In this document: in pieces, positions 39,641 to 49,002 of the stretch
Layout: the number at the start of each line of letters is the position of its first letter
How positions within the stretch are numbered: position 1 is the stretch's first letter
Assembly: GCA_964459205.1 (NCBI GenBank)
Contig: CAYWKJ010000002.1
Coordinates: 235 to 64,234 of the forward strand
DNA length: 64,000 bases
Direction: 5' to 3'
Source of the DNA: an uncultured Candidatus Peribacteria bacterium
Lineage (GTDB): Bacteria; Patescibacteriota; Gracilibacteria; UBA1369; UBA12473
Translations under genes and position numbers: made by a program
Notes under the pieces: generated by a model
Seen by the model: the letters and a program-made list of their open reading frames with translations, nothing else
Database searches by the model: none
Told to the model about the DNA's origin: nothing

Positions 39641-40984
39641 CTAACTTTCCATATATCGGTTCCCCCGTTCGACTTGTCCAGGAAGGATTTCAACCTCAAC
39701 TTCACGAGCCAAGAAATTACGCACAATTTGACGATCATCAGAAGGAATACGCTTTTTCCCAACCACTTGAAAAGGCTCACAGCCTTTCCCGGCCACAATA
39801 ACTGTGTCACCCTCACGCGCGATTGCCAATCCCAAACGAATCGCCTGCCGACGATTAGGAATTTTCCAAAAATGAGCACCTTCCTGACGCGGAATACCAG
39901 CGGCAACTTCCTCAATAATCTGGAGATTATCTTCAGTATAAGGGTCATCATCAGTAAGAATAATTTCATCAGCGTATTTATCAACAATCTGCCCCATTGT
40001 AGGACGTTTAGTCCGGTCACGATCACCAGTCGCTCCAAATACAAAAATAAGCCGCTTAGCAGTTAATCCGCGAAACATGGCCAGTAGTTTTTCAAGTGAA
40101 TCCGGGGCATGCGCATAATCAACAATCGCTGTATATTTTTGTCCTTCATCAATACGCTCAATCCGACCAGGAACCGGACGAGCTTTAGCTAAAGCATGCT
40201 GAATTGTTTGCAAATTAATCTGCAAAGCAACTCCTACTGTAGCCGCCGCCAAAGCATTCTCAATATTAAAATTACCAGGGAGCGGAAGTTCAATTTCCGC
40301 TTGATCATTTGGGACTTTCAAAACAAATCGACTTCCAGACGCCGTACAAGCAGGAGCTAATGCCTGATATGAGCCCTTATGCATTCCATATAAATAAGTC
40401 CGATCTGCTACAAACTGTTCAAAATAAGGAGCCCGTGGGTCATCAGCATTAATAATAGCGACTTTAGGCACATCTGGCTTACGCTTGGTGTAATTAAGAA
40501 GACCAAAAAGCTTCCCTTTTGCCTTCACATATTCTTCCTCTGTATTGTGGTAATCTAAATGATCATGAGAAAGGTTAGTAAAAACCGCCATATCCACACT
40601 CACACCCCACATTCGAGACTGATCCATGGCATGTGAAGTCACCTCCACCACCGCATATTTACATCCCTTATCCGCCATCCAACGTAATAATTGTTGGAAC
40701 TTAAATGGCGGCAAAGTAGTCATTTTAAAATTATTCGTAAAAATCTGATCTTCTATCTGAAAATCAGCCGTCGTAATCATGCCAGCCTTATAGCCAGCCT
40801 CGCGTAAAATATCAAAAAGCAAATGACAAGTTGTGGTTTTACCATTAGTTCCAGTCACCCCAATAATTGTCATCCGATCCGCCGGAAAACGATAATAAAC
40901 CGCTGCCAAAACCGCCATTACTTTATGATAAACAAGGCGTAATGGGTGGTGCTGCGGAATCTTATTTTTCAGTTTTTGAAACAT
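39641..40984 (-). CDS. murE: UDP-N-acetylmuramoyl-L-alanyl-D-glutamate--(diamino acid) ligase, MurE family
   Basis: GVTGTNGKTTT P-loop, TSHAMDQ, NLSHDHLDYH, DYAHAPDSL and GATGDRDRTKRP. The start at 40984 is preceded by CTCCTCCC and overlaps the upstream gene by 23 nt; an alternative ATG lies at 40918. Confidence 0.88.
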   Translation of the reverse strand: MFQKLKNKIPQHHPLRLVYHKVMAVLAAVYYRFPADRMTIIGVTGTNGKTTTCHLLFDILREAGYKAGMITTADFQIEDQIFTNNFKMTTLPPFKFQQLLRWMADKGCKYAVVEVTSHAMDQSRMWGVSVDMAVFTNLSHDHLDYHNTEEEYVKAKGKLFGLLNYTKRKPDVPKVAIINADDPRAPYFEQFVADRTYLYGMHKGSYQALAPACTASGSRFVLKVPNDQAEIELPLPGNFNIENALAAATVGVALQINLQTIQHALAKARPVPGRIERIDEGQKYTAIVDYAHAPDSLEKLLAMFRGLTAKRLIFVFGATGDRDRTKRPTMGQIVDKYADEIILTDDDPYTEDNLQIIEEVAAGIPRQEGAHFWKIPNRRQAIRLGLAIAREGDTVIVAGKGCEPFQVVGKKRIPSDDRQIVRNFLAREVEVEILPGQVERGNRYMES

Positions 40985-41339
40985 GGGAGGAGAAATATTT
41001 TCTTGCGGCCATGATATCTTGCTCTATCTGTTTTTTCAATGCCTCTGGGGAATCAAACTTTTCAGTGTCACGCAAACGCTGCAAAACTTGAACTAAGACT
41101 GGCTCTTTAACTTGTGGGTCATCAGTATTTAGTAAATGGATTTCTATGGAAGGATGAGCATCTGGAAAAGTGGGCCGCGGCCCCACATGCATTGCCGCTT
41201 CTTGCGCCTCTAAGAGGGCAACGTAAATGCCTGGCTCTGGCTCCTGTCCGGATTCAAGTTCCAAATTTAAAGTTGGATAGCCAAGTTGCCGGCCGCGGCC
41301 ATGACCAGGAATAATTTTTGCAGAAAATTCTAACATCAC
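40962..41339 (-). CDS. Stand-alone riboflavin kinase (RibF C-terminal domain type)
   Basis: GHGRGRQLGYPTLNL, GIYV, HVGPRPTF, IEIHLL and LRDTEKFDSPEALKKQIEQD match the bacterial flavokinase domain. No FMN-adenylyltransferase domain is attached. The listed start is GTG at 41339, and an ATG follows at 41336. Confidence 0.85.
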   Translation of the reverse strand: MMLEFSAKIIPGHGRGRQLGYPTLNLELESGQEPEPGIYVALLEAQEAAMHVGPRPTFPDAHPSIEIHLLNTDDPQVKEPVLVQVLQRLRDTEKFDSPEALKKQIEQDIMAARKYFSSHVSKTEK

Positions 41340-41354
41340 ATCTAAATAAAAAAT

Positions 41355-42647
41355 CTAAACTAACATCGCCAGTACCCACCACCATAAATAAGCTAAATCA
41401 TTTTTAAAAAACGGAGTATCAAACAATCCATGAGTCAAAATCACCACTAACATCGCCAAACCAATTAACTGCAGTTGAGTAGAAGGCCCATCCTTAAATC
41501 GCGCCCAAAACCGTTGCAAAAACGGTGGTAAATGCGGCGCCTCGCGATGCAGAATTTTTATAAATGCCAACACAATCAGCCAGGTCATCGCAAACAAGCC
41601 AAGCAGCCCCGTATTAAGCCAAAACGCCAACACTTCATTATGCGGATGCAACATTACCCATTCCAAAGGAGCGTGCCCCAAAACATCTGGAGCCGCCAGC
41701 ATATATTGAACCTCAAACTGCCCCAAACCAACACCCACAATCGGGGCCTCTTTAATTAAATTTAATGAAATCTCATAAACCTCCATACGAACGCTAGAAG
41801 AAGTTCTTCCTTCAAAATCTAAAAACTGATCAAATTTTTGCGTACCTTGCTGCGTAACCAACAAAACCGCCACCAAAGTGGCGGCAAAACCAAGCCCCCA
41901 CAATTTATGCTTTCTCGAAATACGCGGATGCAATAACAAATAAAATCCCGTTCCAACTCCTAATGCTATAAACGAAGCATAAGATTGTGTCCCCCACAAA
42001 GCAATAGCCATCACTAAAGTCATGGCCATTAAAACCCAACCCCAACTCTTATTTTTTTCATAAAAAAACTTAACAGCCAAAGCTCCTCCAGCAAGCACTA
42101 CTGGCGCCAAATAAAGTGCTAAATAATTAGCAGATTCAAACGGACCAGAAGCCCGCGCATCAATTGTAATAAAATCACCGCTCACCACCTGATAAATCGC
42201 CCATAACGACAACCCAAAACCAGACACTACCAAAGCCCTAAAAGATCGTGTCCACCACTTATCTTTTCCACGCACAGCATTTGCCATAAAAAAGAACATC
42301 GCCGGCACCACAATCCACCCTTTCCAAACTCCTTGTGCAATGCGTTCACTCTGAATTTCTACACCATCAATGTTAAACGTAATTTCCGGCACAATATTCA
42401 TCGAAATCGTGGCGGCTACTAAAAACAAAACCATTGGCCACAGAGGACTTTTTTGCCCTTGCTTTACATGATATTTAAACCACTTAAAACAATTCCTTTC
42501 ACGCACAAACTGAGTCAACCCCCAAGCAACCAAAATAAGCACCACCACCTCGAGTAAAGTGGTTGGCACACCAGCTATCTCAAAACGCACGAGATAGAGT
42601 GGGAAAAGTAAAGGAAGTAAGGAGAGCCAAAAACGGTACTTCGTCAT
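41355..42647 (-). CDS. O-antigen ligase / Wzy-like polytopic membrane protein
   Basis: About 10-12 TM helices and a Wzy_C-type loop motif (HPHNEVLAFWLNTGLLGL). Confidence 0.75.
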   Translation of the reverse strand: MTKYRFWLSLLPLLFPLYLVRFEIAGVPTTLLEVVVLILVAWGLTQFVRERNCFKWFKYHVKQGQKSPLWPMVLFLVAATISMNIVPEITFNIDGVEIQSERIAQGVWKGWIVVPAMFFFMANAVRGKDKWWTRSFRALVVSGFGLSLWAIYQVVSGDFITIDARASGPFESANYLALYLAPVVLAGGALAVKFFYEKNKSWGWVLMAMTLVMAIALWGTQSYASFIALGVGTGFYLLLHPRISRKHKLWGLGFAATLVAVLLVTQQGTQKFDQFLDFEGRTSSSVRMEVYEISLNLIKEAPIVGVGLGQFEVQYMLAAPDVLGHAPLEWVMLHPHNEVLAFWLNTGLLGLFAMTWLIVLAFIKILHREAPHLPPFLQRFWARFKDGPSTQLQLIGLAMLVVILTHGLFDTPFFKNDLAYLWWWVLAMLV

Positions 42648-42662
42648 AATAAATATTTTAAT

Positions 42663-43334
42663 CTAGGATGCCCCAGATGCCAAATCTCGCAAAACACTTT
42701 CTGGATCTTCAGCCTTAGTCACTCCTGAGGCAAGTAATACTCCAGACGCCCCAAGTTCAACAGAAATCTTCACGTCCTGTGCATTTTTCACACCAGCACC
42801 AACCAATGTTCGATCACTACCAATCAATTCAACGGCTCCTCGAACCACCTCTGGCTGCGCCGTAGAAACAGAAATATCACCACCAATCAATTCTGGCGGC
42901 TCAACCGCCACTAAATCAGGACCAAATTTGGCAATTTCTCCCCCTTCTTCAGGGGTCTCAGCACAAACTACCGTATAAAGCCCAACTTCCTTAGCTCGCT
43001 CAATTGATACTTTCAACAACTCAAAATCACCATCTTTCACAATCCTCCGCTCCGAATGATTAAGCAATGTCCCAAATGCCCCAGCTGCCTTCACGGCTTC
43101 GGGTAAAACATGCCCCGTATAAGATCCAAACTGCGCCGGATCAATATGCTGCGCAAATACCGGGATAGCTACTGCCGATGCAATTCGCGAAATATCAGAA
43201 GGCTGCACTGCTACACCCATTTGCACCCCAGTTTCCTGCATTACTTTGGCATGAAGAATTGCCAAATCCAAAGCTCCCGGCCCAATCGCCGACTCGTATG
43301 TTTTAAAGTTCGTAATAATTACCGGAAGATTCAT
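42663..43334 (-). CDS. tpiA: Triosephosphate isomerase, short archaeal-type
   Basis: At 223 aa it is shorter than the ~250 aa of bacterial TIM. It has archaeal-type motifs ITNFKTY, IPVFAQHIDP, TGHVLPEAVK, GTLLNHSE, VAVEPPELIGG and GVLLASGVTKAEDPE. Confidence 0.88.
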   Translation of the reverse strand: MNLPVIITNFKTYESAIGPGALDLAILHAKVMQETGVQMGVAVQPSDISRIASAVAIPVFAQHIDPAQFGSYTGHVLPEAVKAAGAFGTLLNHSERRIVKDGDFELLKVSIERAKEVGLYTVVCAETPEEGGEIAKFGPDLVAVEPPELIGGDISVSTAQPEVVRGAVELIGSDRTLVGAGVKNAQDVKISVELGASGVLLASGVTKAEDPESVLRDLASGAS

Positions 43335-43379
43335 GGACCAAATTTACCGTGCAAACCTCAAAAAAGCACGACTTACCCA

Positions 43380-43408
43380 TTGATTTCATCCCCATTTTAT
43401 GTTAAAAT
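43380..43408 (+). promoter_or_regulatory. Candidate sigma-70 promoter with extended -10 upstream of the 1838-aa gene
   Basis: TTGATT (43380-43385), 17-nt spacer, TAAAAT (43403-43408), with TG at 43400-43401. An A-rich leader with no SD precedes ATG 43441. Confidence 0.35.
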
Positions 43409-43440
43409 TAAAAGATTTAAAAAACTAAAATCAAAAAACC

Positions 43441-46400
43441 ATGGATTTCTTCAAAAAAATCAAACAAAAGGCCTGCCGCATGGCCTGCGACCATTTAGCG
43501 TCTGCAAAACCGGCGCGACTTGTATTCTTTACAGCAGGAGGTGAAGGCCCCAGCTCAGAAGATCAAACAGCATATGAGGCCAAAAAACAACAACTAGAGG
43601 CAGAACAAGAAACCCTTGAAGGCATTTCACCAGATGCTGAAACTCGAGCAGAAGTCCAAGCAACATTCCAAACCTTAAACACACTATTAGACGCTTTCTG
43701 GACAGCTCCCTCAGAGGAAGGAGATGAACAAGATTTCACCGTAACAGAACGCGGCCAATTTGATACTTACAAAGATACTGCTCTAGAAAAACACAATGAT
43801 TTACTAATTGAGCTAGCGCGAAGACAAGTCGACGAACGAATAGCACTTAGAGGAGAAGCTGTTGATCGTGCTGTTGCAGAAGCAACAGAGCCAACAGAAT
43901 CTCCAGAAGCAGCTTCTAAAACTCCTGCTCAACATCGCGCTGAACTCTTATCAAGTGGGCACATTGTTGAAGTTAAACCTGAGGGATATCTAAAAGACAT
44001 GGCTAGAGACAATGGCATGACTTACGACCAAATAGTAGAATTAAATGACTTAATCAGTCCAAATTTTCACGTTAACAAAGCCAAAGGCTGGTGTTATGCA
44101 GACGACACTGTATATGTATACACCTCCCCTCGCGCCGCTGAAGAAGCTGAGGTAGCTTTAGGATTTCGTGAAGCCTCAGAACATGCTGAGTTTATTGACG
44201 ACACTCCAGAAACTGTTGTCACCGGAGAAGCACTAGCAGAAGCGGCTAGTGAAAGTTACGCCCGCGAACAAGCTCAAGCAGCTGAACTATATGGAGAAAA
44301 AGGAGCTGATGTAGTTGGCACCCGCGAAGCCCTGCTTGCTCAGAAAGGACGTGGACGTGGTAGAAAAGAAAGCTTCCGCGGAACATTACTATCACAAGGA
44401 GCAGAAGGAATGATAGATCCTAGCATGCGCCTCCCTCTTGCTGCCCAAGATTGGAACGATCTCAAAGATAGTTGGGATACAGTCCAGGGGAGAGCAGGTA
44501 TCGAAGAATGGCTTAAGCGTCCAACTTTTAAAGCAGCTGGTATTGATGTTGATGAATACCTACAAGCCTTAGCCAAAGATGGCACTGACACTGTACGGTT
44601 TCAAGATTTACTTAGCGCTGTTTACAGAGGTCCTGCCCAAGGAGAAGGACTTGTTCTTGGTCTAGCCCAACAACTCACTGGGCTATCAATTGACACCAAA
44701 GAACACAAAAAAGTTCTCAGAAAAATTAAAGGGAATTTCACCAACGATTATGATCGGATGATGGACACCCTTACTCTCGAAACAACCGAAAAAACATACA
44801 TTGGTGATGGGATGGTACGCGTTAGCTTAGAAAGCGATGATCAAACTCTAACTCTAGAAGTGCCACTTGAACAGGTCGTGACTCTTGATGAAGATGCACT
44901 TGATATGCCTCTCGAAGATCTCACCGACACAGAAATTCAAGCAATGATTGACGATGGAGATGATCTAAGCTTTTACATGAGCCCCGAAGGACAACTTATG
45001 TCTGCTAGAGGTGAAGATGTAAGCGGAGCTATCACTGAAGGAAATATAGAAAACCTAGCTGCGGAACACCAAGTAGAACGCGCCATTGTGATGGCTATGG
45101 AAACCATTTACCAAGACGTAAGTGGGCTCTATGACCTTACCGGCAATCTTACTTATGTCGAAGCTCAAGCCGACGAAAGTTACATTGACACTCGCAGCCG
45201 CGTAGAAGCGCTAAGAGATAGTGGATCAGAATATGGCCCAGTAGCCGCTAATTTCTCTACTCGCTTGGGAGAAGCTTTAGCTGACAATCAATGGAGTAAC
45301 CGAGATTTAGAATCTCTTGGATTTATCCGTAAAGGAGACGAAATCACTTACGAAGATATCGAATCTGGTCGCAAATACACCATTCGCAAAGAAGAACTTT
45401 TTAAATACTACTCTGGAGACGCTGTAATTGATGAAATTCTAGATAAATTCTTAATTCAAGAACACACGGACGATGGCTCAATTGCAACTACTTTCAAACT
45501 TGGAGATGCTATTGCTTTTGTTAACAATGACGTTATCCGCCTTGGCCTCTCACAACATCCAGAAATGGTCGAAGAATATGGAGGTGGAGATATCGAAGCT
45601 GCCTTAGTAGCACTCAGACTCCGTGGAGAACAACTTACTGAAGATGGACAAGATCTCAGCGCTGATCAAATGACACTCATTCAAGATGGATATTTGATCC
45701 ACGCTACTATGCGTCACGCCTCTGAAGTTCAAGAAGGCCGCGCTGCCGCCGCTGAACTTAGCGAAGCTGCTCGTGAAGGACAAGAATCATTACAAGAAGA
45801 AAGCACAGAAATCCGAGTATTTCTTCCAGATGAATATCTTGAAGCCATTTACGCGACGAATCCTCAATTCGACAATCCTAAAGATCGCGCTTTGATTGCC
45901 GACCGAATTAGAATTGGATTCCATGTTGGGACTGTAAAAATAATTGATGATGGGGTTACTCACACTCGAACTCACGTTTTCTATGATGCCAATGGCAATG
46001 AAGTAGACCGATTTGATGTTGATCGAACTATTCGCGAAGCTGGCACCTTGGATGCCACACGACTAGCTTCAATCGGAGTTGGTGTTAACCCAGTTAATAT
46101 TCAAGGGCTTGGTGAAAACGGCAACCAATCACTAAGCTTTGGATTTGCTGGTGGATATAATTTTGTTAATCAAACAGCCAATATTGGAGCTGGTGCACGC
46201 TATACAGTAGAGTTTAAAAATGGAATCCAAGTATACGCTGATGCTGGTGTTAGTTTAGGAGGCGGAGCAGTTGGTGGTGGAATTAATATCCCAATTGGCC
46301 AAATGCGCCTTGATCTCCATGGACACGCTTATGTTGGTGTTCCTGGTGGTAGCGTTGGAGCAATGCTTACACTAGGTAACATTGAAAATCGTTACGAATC

Positions 46401-48957
46401 AAAAGTCACCAAGAAATTCGAAAAAAATGGATTCTCTGCTATTGATGAAGCTATTGCGGCAGCTGGTCAACAGCCAAGTCTCGAAGTTACCGAACTCATT
46501 CTAGCTCACGAAGACTTTAGTGGTATGGGACTCGCTGATATCTACGCTACCTTTGAAAATGCTGGAGGACCATCATTTGATGAAATCAAAAACGAACCTG
46601 GATTCCAACAATTTGTAATGGATATGTATAGACAGCAACGGAGTGCTAGAGCTGACGAAATTCTACATGGAATTGCAGCCAACCCTTTAAGCCCAGCCAA
46701 CATCACAATTGGAGTAGAGGCTCAAATAGTCGGTGGCTTTGTTTGTCTTTGCCCAGTAATTGGGACCGCGGTTTACAGTCAAAAACTTGCTTTCCGCAGT
46801 CCAACTGGAATCCCATACGAAATCCAAGGAGATGATGTACTACTCCAACAGTTATTGCACACGGAAATAGATGTAAAGACTGGAGTATTACGAGGCCAAG
46901 TGCCAAAACTTGTTCGCGATCCAGAAAATCCAGAAGATGGCTATGTCGTAGCCATGGAAGGAGAAGCTCACGAGGGCTTACTTATGGGAGCTGAAGCAGT
47001 TGCTTCTTATAATCAAGAATTACGTGGTAGTGGGCTCTTTTTAGTCCCCACTAAAGTTAGACAACCAGGTGAAGATGGTGAAATGATAGAACGAACCTTA
47101 ATGGAACTTAGCATTGCGGAGGCTAATGGCAGCTTAGAAATTATTCCTGATCCTGCTTTAGCCGACCAACTTGCTGTTACTTATAAAAAAGGGGAAGGAG
47201 GCGACTCAGACAGTTACTTATTAGCATTTTCGCCAGGCACTAATCTTTCTATTCGTCGGGTTAATCTTCATTACCCATACGAAAAAAATGGCTCTTATGA
47301 AAGAACTATCATTGTGATTACTGAACAAGGCTCTGGCGTCACTTATGATCAATTACTTGATCAACACGCACCAATGCTCCGTCGTTCCGCTGGAAAACGC
47401 ACTATTTCTGATCTTGCTCATTCAACTGACTATCTAGATGGAGAAATTAACGCTCCAGTCCAAACTCTTTCTAGGTATATGGATCGAGATCCTGATCAAA
47501 TGCATGACTGGACTGAAATTTCTGAACAAGACGCCCTTGCCCGAGATTATCTTAATGATCTTGGCTACCCAGGCTTTGGAGAAGAAGTCAGCGAAGCCAC
47601 ATTGGCTGAATTTGAATCAGCCGCTAGAGAGTTAATGGACCAAAGCAACGCCAGCAATAAACAGTTTAGAATTGATTTCAAAAAATTCTCAACAATCGGC
47701 GGGAATCCCGATCCAGTTAAACTACAAGAACTTTGCGGGGCCAAGGCAGAAGAATTATTTGGACGTGAACTTACCCCGGCTGAATTAACTCAATTCATCC
47801 AAACTCTAGCAATCTTTAGTTTTGTAGATCTTCATAACGATGCTAGCGAGTTAACTGGTGAGGCTCGTGAAAAAGCTCTAAAAGAACAACAAAAAAGTTA
47901 CGAAAGAATGCTTCATGGCTACATGACACAACGCTTAACCATTGAATTCAGCAAACACGTTAGTAACAAAACCCAAGTAAAACAAATGGTCGAACTAGTA
48001 GTTAGCCGCTTAGAAATTTCTGCTGATGAATGGGAAATGTTTGACCCAGAATCCGGCGGCGAACTCCCTACAGGAGGAGTATTTGGATCAATTGTTGGGA
48101 CAGACCGTATCCGTGGTATTCGCCTTACTGAAAACTACCAAGACCAAGAATTCTATGAAATCCTTAAGCTAACACCTTTTGATTTACGCAGCAGTGACCC
48201 AGTAGAAAGAGAAGTAGCTCGTGCTATTGTTGCTATTCTAAATCCACTACCCGAAGAAACAGAAATGACACCAGAAAATGTGGAAGCTGCCCGTGAATTC
48301 TTACTTGATGACTTTACGCAAAGAATGGTTCTTGTGTGGGCTTATAAAAACCCCGAACAACACCAAACCCTCAGCAGGATGTCAGTTATCGCTAAACAAA
48401 ACGATACAAATTTTGCCGAAGCCCTTGTATATCCCGGGCACCAAGAATTACTCACCGAACTCCAAGATTTTGTTCAAGAATCTCGAGAAGCTGAATTATC
48501 AGCCGTACCAAAACGTATTAAACTTAGAGAAAACGTTTACTTAAACTTCGAAAATGTAGAAGCTAGTTTCTTTGTTTTCCAACGTTGTGGAAATGTTTCG
48601 CTCTACCTAAATGAAGACATCTTCATTGAAAACGAAGCTGGAGCTGTAATTGGGGTAGTTGATGAACGCCACGTCATGGTTCAAGCCGAAGCAGCCGAAA
48701 GACAACTCATTGTTGGTCTTGGTGTTAGTCAAAAAGTTAAACACATTGGTGACCATACAAGCGACGTTGTTGAGCATCATGAAGAACCTGAACCTGAACA
48801 ACCTGACCAAGGAGGAACCGTAGAAGAAGGTGGATTTACCCCTACTACTGTTGAAGAAGGCACTTCTAGCCATGAAGAAGGAGAATCTGGCCACAGTGAT
48901 GATGATCCAGAGGACAGTGACACTTCAGGAGCCCCAATGGGTGGTGGCAGCAGCTAA
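43441..48957 (+). CDS. Giant (1838 aa) protein of unknown function with a LysM-like segment, a Gly-rich amphipathic beta region and an acidic disordered tail
   Basis: An uninterrupted 5.5-kb ORF with no obvious signal peptide. A LysM-like segment lies at 43957-44095 (HIVEVKPEGYLKDMARDNGMTYDQIVELNDLISPNFHV). A Gly-rich alternating segment lies at 46060-46400. The C-terminus is HEEPEPEQPDQGG...SDDDPEDSD. Confidence 0.8.
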   Translation: MDFFKKIKQKACRMACDHLASAKPARLVFFTAGGEGPSSEDQTAYEAKKQQLEAEQETLEGISPDAETRAEVQATFQTLNTLLDAFWTAPSEEGDEQDFTVTERGQFDTYKDTALEKHNDLLIELARRQVDERIALRGEAVDRAVAEATEPTESPEAASKTPAQHRAELLSSGHIVEVKPEGYLKDMARDNGMTYDQIVELNDLISPNFHVNKAKGWCYADDTVYVYTSPRAAEEAEVALGFREASEHAEFIDDTPETVVTGEALAEAASESYAREQAQAAELYGEKGADVVGTREALLAQKGRGRGRKESFRGTLLSQGAEGMIDPSMRLPLAAQDWNDLKDSWDTVQGRAGIEEWLKRPTFKAAGIDVDEYLQALAKDGTDTVRFQDLLSAVYRGPAQGEGLVLGLAQQLTGLSIDTKEHKKVLRKIKGNFTNDYDRMMDTLTLETTEKTYIGDGMVRVSLESDDQTLTLEVPLEQVVTLDEDALDMPLEDLTDTEIQAMIDDGDDLSFYMSPEGQLMSARGEDVSGAITEGNIENLAAEHQVERAIVMAMETIYQDVSGLYDLTGNLTYVEAQADESYIDTRSRVEALRDSGSEYGPVAANFSTRLGEALADNQWSNRDLESLGFIRKGDEITYEDIESGRKYTIRKEELFKYYSGDAVIDEILDKFLIQEHTDDGSIATTFKLGDAIAFVNNDVIRLGLSQHPEMVEEYGGGDIEAALVALRLRGEQLTEDGQDLSADQMTLIQDGYLIHATMRHASEVQEGRAAAAELSEAAREGQESLQEESTEIRVFLPDEYLEAIYATNPQFDNPKDRALIADRIRIGFHVGTVKIIDDGVTHTRTHVFYDANGNEVDRFDVDRTIREAGTLDATRLASIGVGVNPVNIQGLGENGNQSLSFGFAGGYNFVNQTANIGAGARYTVEFKNGIQVYADAGVSLGGGAVGGGINIPIGQMRLDLHGHAYVGVPGGSVGAMLTLGNIENRYESKVTKKFEKNGFSAIDEAIAAAGQQPSLEVTELILAHEDFSGMGLADIYATFENAGGPSFDEIKNEPGFQQFVMDMYRQQRSARADEILHGIAANPLSPANITIGVEAQIVGGFVCLCPVIGTAVYSQKLAFRSPTGIPYEIQGDDVLLQQLLHTEIDVKTGVLRGQVPKLVRDPENPEDGYVVAMEGEAHEGLLMGAEAVASYNQELRGSGLFLVPTKVRQPGEDGEMIERTLMELSIAEANGSLEIIPDPALADQLAVTYKKGEGGDSDSYLLAFSPGTNLSIRRVNLHYPYEKNGSYERTIIVITEQGSGVTYDQLLDQHAPMLRRSAGKRTISDLAHSTDYLDGEINAPVQTLSRYMDRDPDQMHDWTEISEQDALARDYLNDLGYPGFGEEVSEATLAEFESAARELMDQSNASNKQFRIDFKKFSTIGGNPDPVKLQELCGAKAEELFGRELTPAELTQFIQTLAIFSFVDLHNDASELTGEAREKALKEQQKSYERMLHGYMTQRLTIEFSKHVSNKTQVKQMVELVVSRLEISADEWEMFDPESGGELPTGGVFGSIVGTDRIRGIRLTENYQDQEFYEILKLTPFDLRSSDPVEREVARAIVAILNPLPEETEMTPENVEAAREFLLDDFTQRMVLVWAYKNPEQHQTLSRMSVIAKQNDTNFAEALVYPGHQELLTELQDFVQESREAELSAVPKRIKLRENVYLNFENVEASFFVFQRCGNVSLYLNEDIFIENEAGAVIGVVDERHVMVQAEAAERQLIVGLGVSQKVKHIGDHTSDVVEHHEEPEPEQPDQGGTVEEGGFTPTTVEEGTSSHEEGESGHSDDDPEDSDTSGAPMGGGSS

Positions 48958-49002
48958 ATGCATACATTAATTAACAATTTTCTTGATTCCTAACTTATAA
49001 AC

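Noticed and set aside
39610-40066. ORFs 39610-40044 (-) and 39674-40066 (+) overlapping murE
   Set aside because: They are alternative-frame or antisense artefacts within the well-supported MurE coding region.
43110-43544. 144-aa plus-strand ORF spanning the tpiA 5' end and the promoter region of the giant gene
   Set aside because: It is antisense to tpiA for half its length and out of frame with the 1838-aa ORF. It has no support.
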